Position numbers and translations under genes: made by a program. DNA of 64,000 nt from a virus (taxonomy: Duplodnaviria; Heunggongvirae; Uroviricota; Caudoviricetes), in the IMG/VR virus record IMGVR_UViG_3300047548_001872. One strand, 5' to 3'. Below are positions 47,772 to 55,801 of the stretch, in pieces (the first letter of the stretch is position 1; the number at the start of each line of letters is the position of its first letter). The notes under the pieces were generated by a model that saw nothing but the letters and a program-made list of their open reading frames with translations, made no database searches and had not been told where the DNA came from.

Positions 47772-48005
47772 TTACTCTAACGTTGGATTGCCACTCCCGT
47801 TAAAAGTAGAGTTTACTTTTGCTTTCAGTATTCTTTCAACTATTGAAGTAGCTCCCTCTAACGATATATACACCGAAGAAATGATTACCCAATTATCACC
47901 GTCAATTTTATCAAAAAAAAGTCCAAATGAACCAATGATAAAAACCACCAATTTTCTACTTATCCACTTAGATAAGTGTTTATCTACAAATTCTTGTCTA
48001 CTCAT
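47772..48005 (-). CDS. small membrane protein (holin candidate)
   Basis: 77 aa. TM segment LVVFIIGSFGLFF, located immediately upstream of the peptidase. Confidence 0.35.
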   Translation of the reverse strand: MSRQEFVDKHLSKWISRKLVVFIIGSFGLFFDKIDGDNWVIISSVYISLEGATSIVERILKAKVNSTFNGSGNPTLE

Positions 48006-48009
48006 AAAA

Positions 48010-48828
48010 CTACATTACATATTGATTTATTAATTCTTGAGTCTTTTTTGTCAAAGCCTGTTCTAAAGTTAATGGCTTTTCTTTTATTAAAGGATTTTTT
48101 TTAGTCAAGGGGTCAAGATATTTTTTCTGATTAAGGATTAGATAGTCTTGAATAACTTTTTCAAATTTACTTTTATCAGGCACTATTACCTTTTCATCGT
48201 CAACATCTACATAAACAAAAATTCGCTTATTACCTGCATAATACTCTTTATTGACATAGGCTTCTACCAATAATAATAACTCAAATTTTTCCGCATACTT
48301 ATTTTGATGCTTGGTTACATCATCCGTAATTTTATGGAATCGAATCCAGTTGAGATTTTGCCATATTTTAGGGGAAATCCTTCCAATTGATTGGAAGTGC
48401 AAAATTATGTCCGTGTCCGTGTGTCGGTTTGTACAAATTGCACCAATTAAATCGTTTGGAAGGGTGTCGGAAACATACCGATTAATATCTTCAATTAAAA
48501 GTAAACCACCTCTAAAATCGTTCAGGATTCGAAACAATGCGTCTTGTATTTCTCGAATTGTCCATCGAACACCATTATCGTTAAAGGGTCTTATTCTTCG
48601 GGCTTCAATTTTTGGGTGTGCTGAAAACCTAATTACGTCAGAAAGTCTTAATGCGTTAATTTGCTCGAACTCATCATTCACATCCAAAATCAAAACCCGT
48701 CTTGGGGCAACTCCTTTGGATGGGTTTCCTACCACATATTTTTCAATCATTTTGGTAGTCGTATAAGTTTTTCCACAACCTTTTCTCCCTACCGCTACAC
48801 CTAATCTTGGTTCTCTTAATTCTGCCAT
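48010..48828 (-). CDS. small P-loop ATPase, FtsK/HerA-superfamily (A32/P9-like packaging ATPase candidate)
   Basis: N-terminal Walker A GRKGCGKT. Walker B RVLILDVNDE / LLLIEDI. Only 272 aa, so there is no room for a terminase nuclease domain. Confidence 0.45.
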   Translation of the reverse strand: MAELREPRLGVAVGRKGCGKTYTTTKMIEKYVVGNPSKGVAPRRVLILDVNDEFEQINALRLSDVIRFSAHPKIEARRIRPFNDNGVRWTIREIQDALFRILNDFRGGLLLIEDINRYVSDTLPNDLIGAICTNRHTDTDIILHFQSIGRISPKIWQNLNWIRFHKITDDVTKHQNKYAEKFELLLLVEAYVNKEYYAGNKRIFVYVDVDDEKVIVPDKSKFEKVIQDYLILNQKKYLDPLTKKNPLIKEKPLTLEQALTKKTQELINQYVM

Positions 48829-48939
48829 ATTTTAAACGTTGAAAAGTTTATACATAAAAAAAGTAAGCCATGCCAACATTATTAATAATAAAGTCAGCAA
48901 TGGCTTATTGTTGTTGTTTTGACTATTACTAACCATTTA

Positions 48940-50010
48940 TTATCTCTTTTTTCTCGGAGTTGCTTTACCTCTTGTGCTTCTTCTTTTTGGTGGCTCTGAA
49001 TCTTGACCGCTTAATCGGTCTAATTCAGCCAAAATGGATTTATCGCCAAAACTTGGCATACTTGGGTCATTCTGGAAGTCATTTTTAAAGCCTGCGTTGT
49101 CCTTTAAATTATCGTAAACTGGCTCGGAATTGAAGTTTTCTAATTGTTCTTCCAAGTTTGTTTTTGGTTTTTTTCTTTTTGGCACATTATCGTTTGAGCT
49201 TGTTACACTTGAAATATCAGTCGTGTAATCCACTAAGTCATCATTTTGAGCAACATCACTTTTTGTTTGACTTGTCGATGCTGGCTGTGATGGGGTCGGT
49301 GGCGTAGCTGGTCTTTCATAACGCATTCTTGATTCACGCATTTCAATAGTATTTTCCTTGAGAGCATCTAAAATGGAATTAGCTTGCTTTCTTAACATAA
49401 ATGCTTGCGCCCCTTTTGCTCCTAAATCTGTTAAAAAGTAATAACCCAACATTTGTTCATCGGTCATCCCGATTCCACGTTTTTTGAAAACACGCACCAA
49501 AGGTGGTCTAACCTTTTCTTTGAACTCATCATCAACTTCAAAGGCATCCTTAATGCTATTATTGTATTCTTTGGCGAAATCTCTAACGGGCATTTCTCCT
49601 GCTTGTGTTGGCAAAGTAATGTCAGCATCAATATCGCCTTCGGCAATAAGTTTGTCAATTTTTGATTCGCTAATTTGAGGTATTTTGCCAATCCAACCAC
49701 ACGCTTTTTCGTAAATATCCAAAGTCATGTCTGCCATCATTTCAGCCCCCATAGCCTTTTCCTTATTGTCTAATTCAGAAAAGGAAGGGTTGAATGGTCT
49801 TTCGGGTTCAGGAGCGTCCTCCTCTTCATCAAATTCGGAAAAACTGGGTCTTTCAAATGTTGGAACTTCTAAATCCCCCATAATTTCCGCCTCATCAATG
49901 TTTGGTCTGGTATAAGCACGTTGTTTTACGGGTGCATCTAACGGGGAATACCCGTCAATATCCTCGTTATTATCCATTATTGGTTCTGCGTAATTAGTTT
50001 CTTGGCTCAT
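48940..50010 (-). CDS. acidic Pro/Glu-rich protein with strongly basic C-terminal tail
   Basis: 356 aa. Ends PPKRRSTRGKATPRKKR. Confidence 0.5.
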   Translation of the reverse strand: MSQETNYAEPIMDNNEDIDGYSPLDAPVKQRAYTRPNIDEAEIMGDLEVPTFERPSFSEFDEEEDAPEPERPFNPSFSELDNKEKAMGAEMMADMTLDIYEKACGWIGKIPQISESKIDKLIAEGDIDADITLPTQAGEMPVRDFAKEYNNSIKDAFEVDDEFKEKVRPPLVRVFKKRGIGMTDEQMLGYYFLTDLGAKGAQAFMLRKQANSILDALKENTIEMRESRMRYERPATPPTPSQPASTSQTKSDVAQNDDLVDYTTDISSVTSSNDNVPKRKKPKTNLEEQLENFNSEPVYDNLKDNAGFKNDFQNDPSMPSFGDKSILAELDRLSGQDSEPPKRRSTRGKATPRKKR

Positions 50011-50011
50011 T

Positions 50012-50443
50012 TTAATTGTCTTTAAGTTTTAACTTTATGTTTTTCATTTTTTTTATAATAACGTAATCCGTTGGGTGGTTTTCATCCAGCCTATTAATTT
50101 CATTTCGTAATACTGAAATTAACGAGTCGGACTTTTTCAAAATAAACGAAATGTCTGCATTATTCAATCCTAATTTGCTGCCCAAAAGATTTGCTGAAAC
50201 ACCAATCGCAAAACGCCTATTATTACTTCTTTTTGCCCCGAAGAATTCTTGCGTAGTTAACTGGAATTCATCGCAAGTCAATTGAATAATATCCAACGCC
50301 TGCTTTATCTTTTCGTCATCAATCTGTAAGGTTCTTGAGTTTTTAAGAACAATTAACAGCTTGTCGATACCAATAACATTTATGGTTTTTTCCAGTTCCT
50401 TAAAAACCATAGAAAAACTTTTTTGATTTGTAGCTTCTTCCAT
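50012..50443 (-). CDS. hypothetical protein
   Basis: 143 aa. Confidence 0.45.
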   Translation of the reverse strand: MEEATNQKSFSMVFKELEKTINVIGIDKLLIVLKNSRTLQIDDEKIKQALDIIQLTCDEFQLTTQEFFGAKRSNNRRFAIGVSANLLGSKLGLNNADISFILKKSDSLISVLRNEINRLDENHPTDYVIIKKMKNIKLKLKDN

Positions 50444-50445
50444 AA

Positions 50446-50880
50446 CTATGGTTTTAAGTAGTTGTCAATAATTTCTTTGGTCATTTCAAATCCCCAGCTA
50501 AACGCAGCGAAGTATCCCTTAGAGTTTAATTTATCAATAGATTTTTGTTGTTCTTGTAGATGGTCGTATTCGGATACCACAACTTTGGTTTTGCCTACAG
50601 TAATAGTCTTTGTTACCTTTTGGCTTTTGAGTTCGCCATTCTTTTTAAAGGGGGAAGTTGTCTTCAGCTCAAGAAACAATCCATGATAACCCTTTTTAGG
50701 CTCAAAAATTAAAACGTCAGTACATCGAAACCCTTTTTTTTGAATTGCGGAATTTCTTCTGGCTTGACCGTTGCTTAACTTTAAGAAAGCAACCGTGTCG
50801 GATAGAAAATCCACATCGGGGTATTCGATGGAAATGTATCTTGCAATTTGTTTTTGTAATTCGTATTCAGCGTGCTTCAT
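50446..50880 (-). CDS. VRR-NUC-like PD-(D/E)xK nuclease
   Basis: ...RNSAIQKKGFRCTDVLIFEPKKGYHGLFLELKTT...SQK resembles the VRR-NUC core (G..G.PDL...ElK...Q). Confidence 0.45.
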   Translation of the reverse strand: MKHAEYELQKQIARYISIEYPDVDFLSDTVAFLKLSNGQARRNSAIQKKGFRCTDVLIFEPKKGYHGLFLELKTTSPFKKNGELKSQKVTKTITVGKTKVVVSEYDHLQEQQKSIDKLNSKGYFAAFSWGFEMTKEIIDNYLKP

Positions 50881-50898
50881 TGTTGTTGATTGTTGTTG

Positions 50899-51546
50899 TT
50901 ATATCCCGTATTTCTTAGTGAATTCAGGATTTTTGAGAATCTTGCTCCCGACTAATTTTGCGAAATCATTGTCGGAAGGGTAATGCAAACCCAAATATAC
51001 TCTACTATTGGCAATATCTTCAATAATTTCCTTACAAAATTTATAAACTTGTGGGTGTTTGTTGCCAATAACATTCAAAATAACGAATGCTTGTAATGTA
51101 TGCCCAGAAGGTAACGATGGAGAATCATCTGTGCTGCTTTTGTAAGGAAATAGCTTAAGTTTGTATGCATAAGCCAATTGATATGGTCTTGGTCTTTGAA
51201 AATGATACTTTAGTTTCGAAATCAAAGGCTTTAAATCTTTTGCTATTTCAGTACAATAGTTTTCTACATCGATATTTTCCTCCTTGAATATGCTTACGAT
51301 TGTTTGTAATAGGTTTTTATCATAAGCCTTATACCTTTTGAGATATTCCTGATTTTCTTCATCCGAAACCGCTGCAATGGAGTCTACGATTTCATTTAAT
51401 TCATCCTTGGTTAATTCGGAATCATTAGAAGGTATTGGCTCGTTCTTTAATTCCATAAATACTGAATCCAAAAAAGATTCCTTGACAATTAAATCCAAGA
51501 CCTCTTTATTGGGATTTCCGTATGCCAATGAATTTAATACATCCAT
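50899..51546 (-). CDS. PAP2-family phosphatase
   Basis: KYHFQRPRP (KxxxxxxRP), PSLPSGHT (PSGH), SRVYLGLHYPSD (SRxxxxxHxxxD). Confidence 0.65.
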   Translation of the reverse strand: MDVLNSLAYGNPNKEVLDLIVKESFLDSVFMELKNEPIPSNDSELTKDELNEIVDSIAAVSDEENQEYLKRYKAYDKNLLQTIVSIFKEENIDVENYCTEIAKDLKPLISKLKYHFQRPRPYQLAYAYKLKLFPYKSSTDDSPSLPSGHTLQAFVILNVIGNKHPQVYKFCKEIIEDIANSRVYLGLHYPSDNDFAKLVGSKILKNPEFTKKYGI

Positions 51547-51558
51547 AGTGTTGTTGAA

Positions 51559-51789
51559 TTATTTACCTGACAAACAAGCCTGCATTTTCTCTTTTTCCCA
51601 AGCTGCCCAATCGAAGTTGGCTGATACTCGCATCAACATTCTTTCTTTTGCAATTTGGTCTTTGCAAGCATTCACTTTGGCATCATCCATAGGGACGATA
51701 GTTGGCTCATTTTTTTTGTTTTTTGCTTTTAAAATCAAAGCAATGGCTACAACGCCAAGTCCAAGTAATAATAAATTTTCTGTTTTCAT
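51559..51789 (-). CDS. N-anchored small membrane protein
   Basis: TM segment LLLLGLGVVAIALIL. Confidence 0.4.
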   Translation of the reverse strand: MKTENLLLLGLGVVAIALILKAKNKKNEPTIVPMDDAKVNACKDQIAKERMLMRVSANFDWAAWEKEKMQACLSGK

Positions 51790-51801
51790 TTTTGATTCAG
51801 A

Positions 51802-52155
51802 TTAGGTTGAAGGATTGGTCAATATTTTCTCAACCATTCCCTTCTTAATTAGTTCAATTCTTTCATAGCTTACTTTCCCATTTTTCAGGGTAGTTCCAAA
51901 CCTTACACCCCAATCGCCACCGATTAAGAATTCAGAACTTCCATAAATTTGCAATAATTTACCGAAAGGTAATTTTAAGGTTGCAAATCCGTTATCATAG
52001 TCAACACTAACGATTTTCACGTTAGGTTGCCAAATGTTATTTATAAAAAAGGCATATCCTCCAGCAATAACAGTAATTGCTCCTACAACACTGGCGATTT
52101 TAATTATCGTTTGTGTTTGTTTGCTGAACTCAACTTTTGCTTTATCAAACAACAT
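51802..52155 (-). CDS. membrane protein
   Basis: TM segment IIKIASVVGAITVIAGGYAFF. Confidence 0.4.
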   Translation of the reverse strand: MLFDKAKVEFSKQTQTIIKIASVVGAITVIAGGYAFFINNIWQPNVKIVSVDYDNGFATLKLPFGKLLQIYGSSEFLIGGDWGVRFGTTLKNGKVSYERIELIKKGMVEKILTNPST

Positions 52156-52166
52156 AGGGATAAATT

Positions 52167-52505
52167 TTATTGGCTTACGGTGTATTTTTTACCAAGTGCC
52201 TTTTTTACATTGTACTTTACTTCCTCGACATCATCTACTAAGTTTTCAAACTCATCCTTAGACGCAGCCTCTTCAAGTTTTTGAATAGCTTTTCTATGGT
52301 ACATAATGCTGTACCATGCGCTTGCGAATATTAAGCCAAATGTAACTATTGTCAAGATAGAATAAGGCTTGTCGTTTGCCATTTTTTCAATGACATTTGT
52401 ATCACCACCACCTTCAAAACTTGGCGTAGCTTGAGCCACTGGAGGTGTACTTTGTGGAGTTGGAGTTGGCGTTTCTATTACGGGTGCTTGAACTGGTGCT
52501 TCCAT
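52167..52505 (-). CDS. Pro-rich membrane protein
   Basis: TM segment ILTIVTFGLIFASAWYSIMY. Confidence 0.4.
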   Translation of the reverse strand: MEAPVQAPVIETPTPTPQSTPPVAQATPSFEGGGDTNVIEKMANDKPYSILTIVTFGLIFASAWYSIMYHRKAIQKLEEAASKDEFENLVDDVEEVKYNVKKALGKKYTVSQ

Positions 52506-52506
52506 T

Positions 52507-52929
52507 TTAAATTTTGTTTTTTTTGATTGATAATGCTATTAAAGCCAAACCTAACAATCCTCCCATTGAGGCATATGCTAATTTATGCTTTTGCATGTGG
52601 GCTACAAACTTTTTTTTAGTTTCATTATTTGACAAAACAGGTTTAGGCTTTCCTTGTGGTCTAATCACAACCTCTTCTAAAGTTTCAATATCTTCCTTCA
52701 ATGTTATTGTTTTACCATCCAAGTCTTTGGCAAGTATGGTTTGTGGTTTGTAGCCAACATAGGAAATTTTCAACTCTGATTCGGGTACTATAATTTCATC
52801 GTTGACCTGATAATTACCCTCATAGTCAGACGTAAATACTTTTTGGACTTTACCATTGTTTATAATCGACAAGTTTGCCAATGGCAAACCTTCTCCTTTT
52901 TCGTCGATTATTTTAGCTGATAACTTCAT
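52507..52929 (-). CDS. CarboxypepD_reg-like domain protein with C-terminal TM
   Basis: LANLSIINNGKVQKVFTSDYEGNYQV. TM segment MGGLLGLALIALSI. Confidence 0.4.
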   Translation of the reverse strand: MKLSAKIIDEKGEGLPLANLSIINNGKVQKVFTSDYEGNYQVNDEIIVPESELKISYVGYKPQTILAKDLDGKTITLKEDIETLEEVVIRPQGKPKPVLSNNETKKKFVAHMQKHKLAYASMGGLLGLALIALSIKKNKI

Positions 52930-52931
52930 AA

Positions 52932-53087
52932 TTATTTGTAGCCATTTAGTCTTTTAATGGTGTAGTAATTAACAATAGCCCCTAAAGTAAAAGACACAAT
53001 CCCTACTACCACAAAAATGGTAGAAAGATGAGTATGAAATTTACCATTTTTATTGTTCTCGTTATTTATGTTGTTTTGCTCTTGCAT
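52932..53087 (-). CDS. micro membrane protein (51 aa)
   Basis: ...LSTIFVVVGIVSFTLGAIVNYY... Confidence 0.3.
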   Translation of the reverse strand: MQEQNNINNENNKNGKFHTHLSTIFVVVGIVSFTLGAIVNYYTIKRLNGYK

Positions 53088-53089
53088 TT

Positions 53090-53734
53090 TTATTTTTTTA
53101 AAACGAATTTTCTATATGCTAAATAACCAGCCACAATTAAAGCTACTCCCAAAATCAATTGATTCTTGTAGGTTTTCACGACTAATGAAAAACTGCCGTC
53201 ATTTAACCACTCTTTTGGCAACTTTGATAGCATTACACTCTTCACCTCCCACACACGCAATTTTCCATCTTTCACTTTTCTAAAAGCTGGGTTTTGGTCG
53301 TATATTTTTTGAGCAGTCAATCCACCTCCTTGAATTACCCAATCATCGGGTTTCCCGATTGCCAATGGAAAGAAAATTGCGAAATACGTGTCAATGTAGC
53401 TATTAATCTTTCCAGTGTATTGCTTCAGATATTCATAAACCAAATCTAATTGCTCTACTGCGGTCATTTTGATAATTTGGTCAAGAGTATATCTTTTTCC
53501 TCCAATGGTTTTGTATTTCAATCCTTTTGCATCGGGGCAAAACTGAATCAATCCTACACAGCCAATTTGGTTTTTTTCAGACGGAGAAAAAGACCTTGCA
53601 GATTCAAAGTACATAATTGCCATCAACCAGTTAGGGTCAATTTTCAACTTGTCGCTTATCTCTCTAACTTTGGCTACAAAATCAGCACGATAGCTTTGCG
53701 GAACTTTTGATTCGTAGATTAACTCCATCACCAT
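53090..53734 (-). CDS. SLT-domain lytic transglycosylase with C-terminal TM anchor
   Basis: YFESARSFSPSEKNQIGCVGLIQF (E-S ... GLMQ-like). C-terminal TM segment LILGVALIVAGYLAY. Confidence 0.55.
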   Translation of the reverse strand: MVMELIYESKVPQSYRADFVAKVREISDKLKIDPNWLMAIMYFESARSFSPSEKNQIGCVGLIQFCPDAKGLKYKTIGGKRYTLDQIIKMTAVEQLDLVYEYLKQYTGKINSYIDTYFAIFFPLAIGKPDDWVIQGGGLTAQKIYDQNPAFRKVKDGKLRVWEVKSVMLSKLPKEWLNDGSFSLVVKTYKNQLILGVALIVAGYLAYRKFVLKK

Positions 53735-54021
53735 AAAATTTTATCGGCATACCAACCGTTTGAACCCACTTTATGTCGGTCACTATTGTGGCGTTGCTTG
53801 TATAGCTTACGCCTTTTATTAGCATGTCCTTTTTCATAATAGCCCTTTTTTTCTTTTTCCAAGTAAGTTGGATAGTCATTCATACCTCTTGCCCCTATAG
53901 ATGCTACTTTTTTCCCATTCTTGAAAACATCAATCTTTTTCAATGGATTAGTTGAGGGTTTTATTTCAACCCCCAACTTTTTTGCTTTATCGTAACTATA
54001 TGGCAATATTTTGTAAGGCAT
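53728..54021 (-). CDS. basic hypothetical protein
   Basis: 97 aa, rich in K/R/H. Confidence 0.4.
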   Translation of the reverse strand: MPYKILPYSYDKAKKLGVEIKPSTNPLKKIDVFKNGKKVASIGARGMNDYPTYLEKEKKGYYEKGHANKRRKLYKQRHNSDRHKVGSNGWYADKILW

Positions 54022-54024
54022 AAA

Positions 54025-54270
54025 TTACGATGCTGAAAACTGTTTTACAGTTTGTCTACACGTATCTCTGCGTCGACATCTTCCGTCTTGCGCAAAATAA
54101 CCAACTCCATCAGAGCCTTCACAAACACGACAAGGGGAAGAAGTTGTTTTAGTTCCATCAACCGAATAAAACCCGTCTGAATTTTTACGAGGCTTTTTGA
54201 ACATAAAATATCCAACGGCAGCAACTGCTGCTAATCCCCCTACCAATAATAATGTTTTTTTAGTATTCAT
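54025..54270 (-). CDS. N-anchored Cys-rich small membrane protein
   Basis: TM segment LLLVGGLAAVAAVGYFMF. SSPCRVCEG...GRCRRRDTCRQT. Confidence 0.4.
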   Translation of the reverse strand: MNTKKTLLLVGGLAAVAAVGYFMFKKPRKNSDGFYSVDGTKTTSSPCRVCEGSDGVGYFAQDGRCRRRDTCRQTVKQFSAS

Positions 54271-54333
54271 TTTTTTTAAAAATTAAGATTCAACTTTTTT
54301 GAATCATTATGCCGTGATTGTTGTTGATTGAGT

Positions 54334-55035
54334 TTATTTTCTGACTTCCTTATACCACAAGTCTAAGAATCCATTAACGCCAAGCATTTTTAATAAATAT
54401 GCTTTTGGTTCTTTGCCAAGACCTTTTCGGTTTAAAAGCTGTTCTGTGGTAGTCAATCCTCGCATTTTGGCTCTCGCTCCATAAAAGCCTGAGTTATATG
54501 CGACCATAGTTTTGTTTAGTGGTGCTACCCCTTCTTGCGCAAACGCTTCAAGCATCCACCTAACTATTGCACAGCCTAATGCAATATTGAATTCTTCATT
54601 TCGGAGTGCTTTTTCAATACTATTAGTGTCGGAGGATGTCATTTTTCTATTTCTATCCCACGCTTTCCAATTTGGAGTATTTTTGCTTAAAATAGCCTTA
54701 AACGAAGTCGAAAGAGGCACGTCTACAAAAACATCCCATTTAGTCACTACTTCATACACAGTTTCAGCAGTGGCTTGCATAAGACCGATAGCCCCAAAAC
54801 TGTTTCTACCTACATTTTTCCCACCGCTTTCTGTGCAAATAAAAGAATTGATAACATAGTTTGGGATGTCAAAATCTTCTCCCCATTTGTCCATTAAGGA
54901 TGAGTACTTTTTTGATGTAGCAATCAACATTCCCGTATTTGCACGAATTGTTTCTGGCTTACTATAGCTAAAACTTCCTTGGACAAAAGTCCTATTTACG
55001 TCTGGGGCTTTAATATTTATTTTGGAATATGCCAT
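54334..55035 (-). CDS. SLT-domain lytic transglycosylase
   Basis: CTESGGKNVGRNSFGAIGLMQAT (E-S ... GLMQ). Confidence 0.6.
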   Translation of the reverse strand: MAYSKINIKAPDVNRTFVQGSFSYSKPETIRANTGMLIATSKKYSSLMDKWGEDFDIPNYVINSFICTESGGKNVGRNSFGAIGLMQATAETVYEVVTKWDVFVDVPLSTSFKAILSKNTPNWKAWDRNRKMTSSDTNSIEKALRNEEFNIALGCAIVRWMLEAFAQEGVAPLNKTMVAYNSGFYGARAKMRGLTTTEQLLNRKGLGKEPKAYLLKMLGVNGFLDLWYKEVRK

Positions 55036-55039
55036 GATT

Positions 55040-55207
55040 TTAATCTTCTAAAGGTTCTTCAATTGGAGGAGTATCATATTCAATAAATTCAACAGTCCAT
55101 CCTCTATCACGAACAACGTTTCGTGTCAGAAATTTTGTGAGAGCATAGCCCCCGATTGCGAGAGCTATAACGCCTACTCCTATTAAAATTTTTTTTGCCC
55201 TTGTCAT
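55040..55207 (-). CDS. micro membrane protein (55 aa)
   Basis: MTRAKKILIGVGVIALAIGGYALTKF... Confidence 0.3.
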   Translation of the reverse strand: MTRAKKILIGVGVIALAIGGYALTKFLTRNVVRDRGWTVEFIEYDTPPIEEPLED

Positions 55208-55209
55208 TT

Positions 55210-55701
55210 TTATTTTTTTCTAAAATAGTTAATAGCTCCGAGAGAACCTACTAACAATAATGTACCGAAAACAATACCAAATGTTCCAATTCCAGACCCT
55301 TTTTTTGCCTTTGCTTCAGCCTCCTCTTTAGCCTTTGCTTCAGCCTCCTCTTTAGCCTTTGCTTCAGCCTCCTGTTTGGCTTTAGCATCAGCCTCCTCTT
55401 TAGCTTTTGCTTCAGCCTCCTTTTTGGACTTTGCATCAGCCTCCTCTTTGGCTTTAGCATCAGCTTTCTCTTTAGCTTCTACTAATTCTTCAAGTTCTTC
55501 GACCAAATCTTCTTGGAAGTCTTGAATGTAGTTCTTGATTTCGTTAATTTCTGCTTCAGAGTCAGGCGATGGGTTTTCTTTGTTTTCTTCAATTGCGCTT
55601 GCAAGTCTTTGATTCAAATCGTTTAAAGCGTCAAGTTTTTTTGCAACGCTTCTTGGTACTTTATTGTTTAGTTTGGTTAATAACAATTTAATTGACTCCA
55701 T
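55210..55701 (-). CDS. coiled-coil protein with EAEAKAKE octapeptide repeats and C-terminal TM
   Basis: About 9 repeats. C-terminal TM segment FGIVFGTLLLVGSLGAI. Confidence 0.5.
   Translation of the reverse strand: MESIKLLLTKLNNKVPRSVAKKLDALNDLNQRLASAIEENKENPSPDSEAEINEIKNYIQDFQEDLVEELEELVEAKEKADAKAKEEADAKSKKEAEAKAKEEADAKAKQEAEAKAKEEAEAKAKEEAEAKAKKGSGIGTFGIVFGTLLLVGSLGAINYFRKK
55297..55475 (-). repeat. 24-nt tandem coding repeat
   Basis: gcctcctctttagcctttgcttca-like units, about 7 copies. Confidence 0.8.
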
Positions 55702-55801
55702 AAGTTATTGTTTTTTAAGTTCTTATTTATTTTATTCCCCATAATTTTTAGGCTATGGGGAAATTTATTTACAAATATAAATAAATATCATTTAAGATGA
55801 T

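Noticed and set aside
48010-48828. Terminase large subunit
   Set aside because: Only 272 aa with no room for a C-terminal RNase-H-like nuclease domain. Better explained as an FtsK/HerA (A32-like) ATPase.
55297-55475. Possible CRISPR or minisatellite
   Set aside because: 24-nt units are contiguous and encode EAEAKAKE repeats within CDS 55210..55701.
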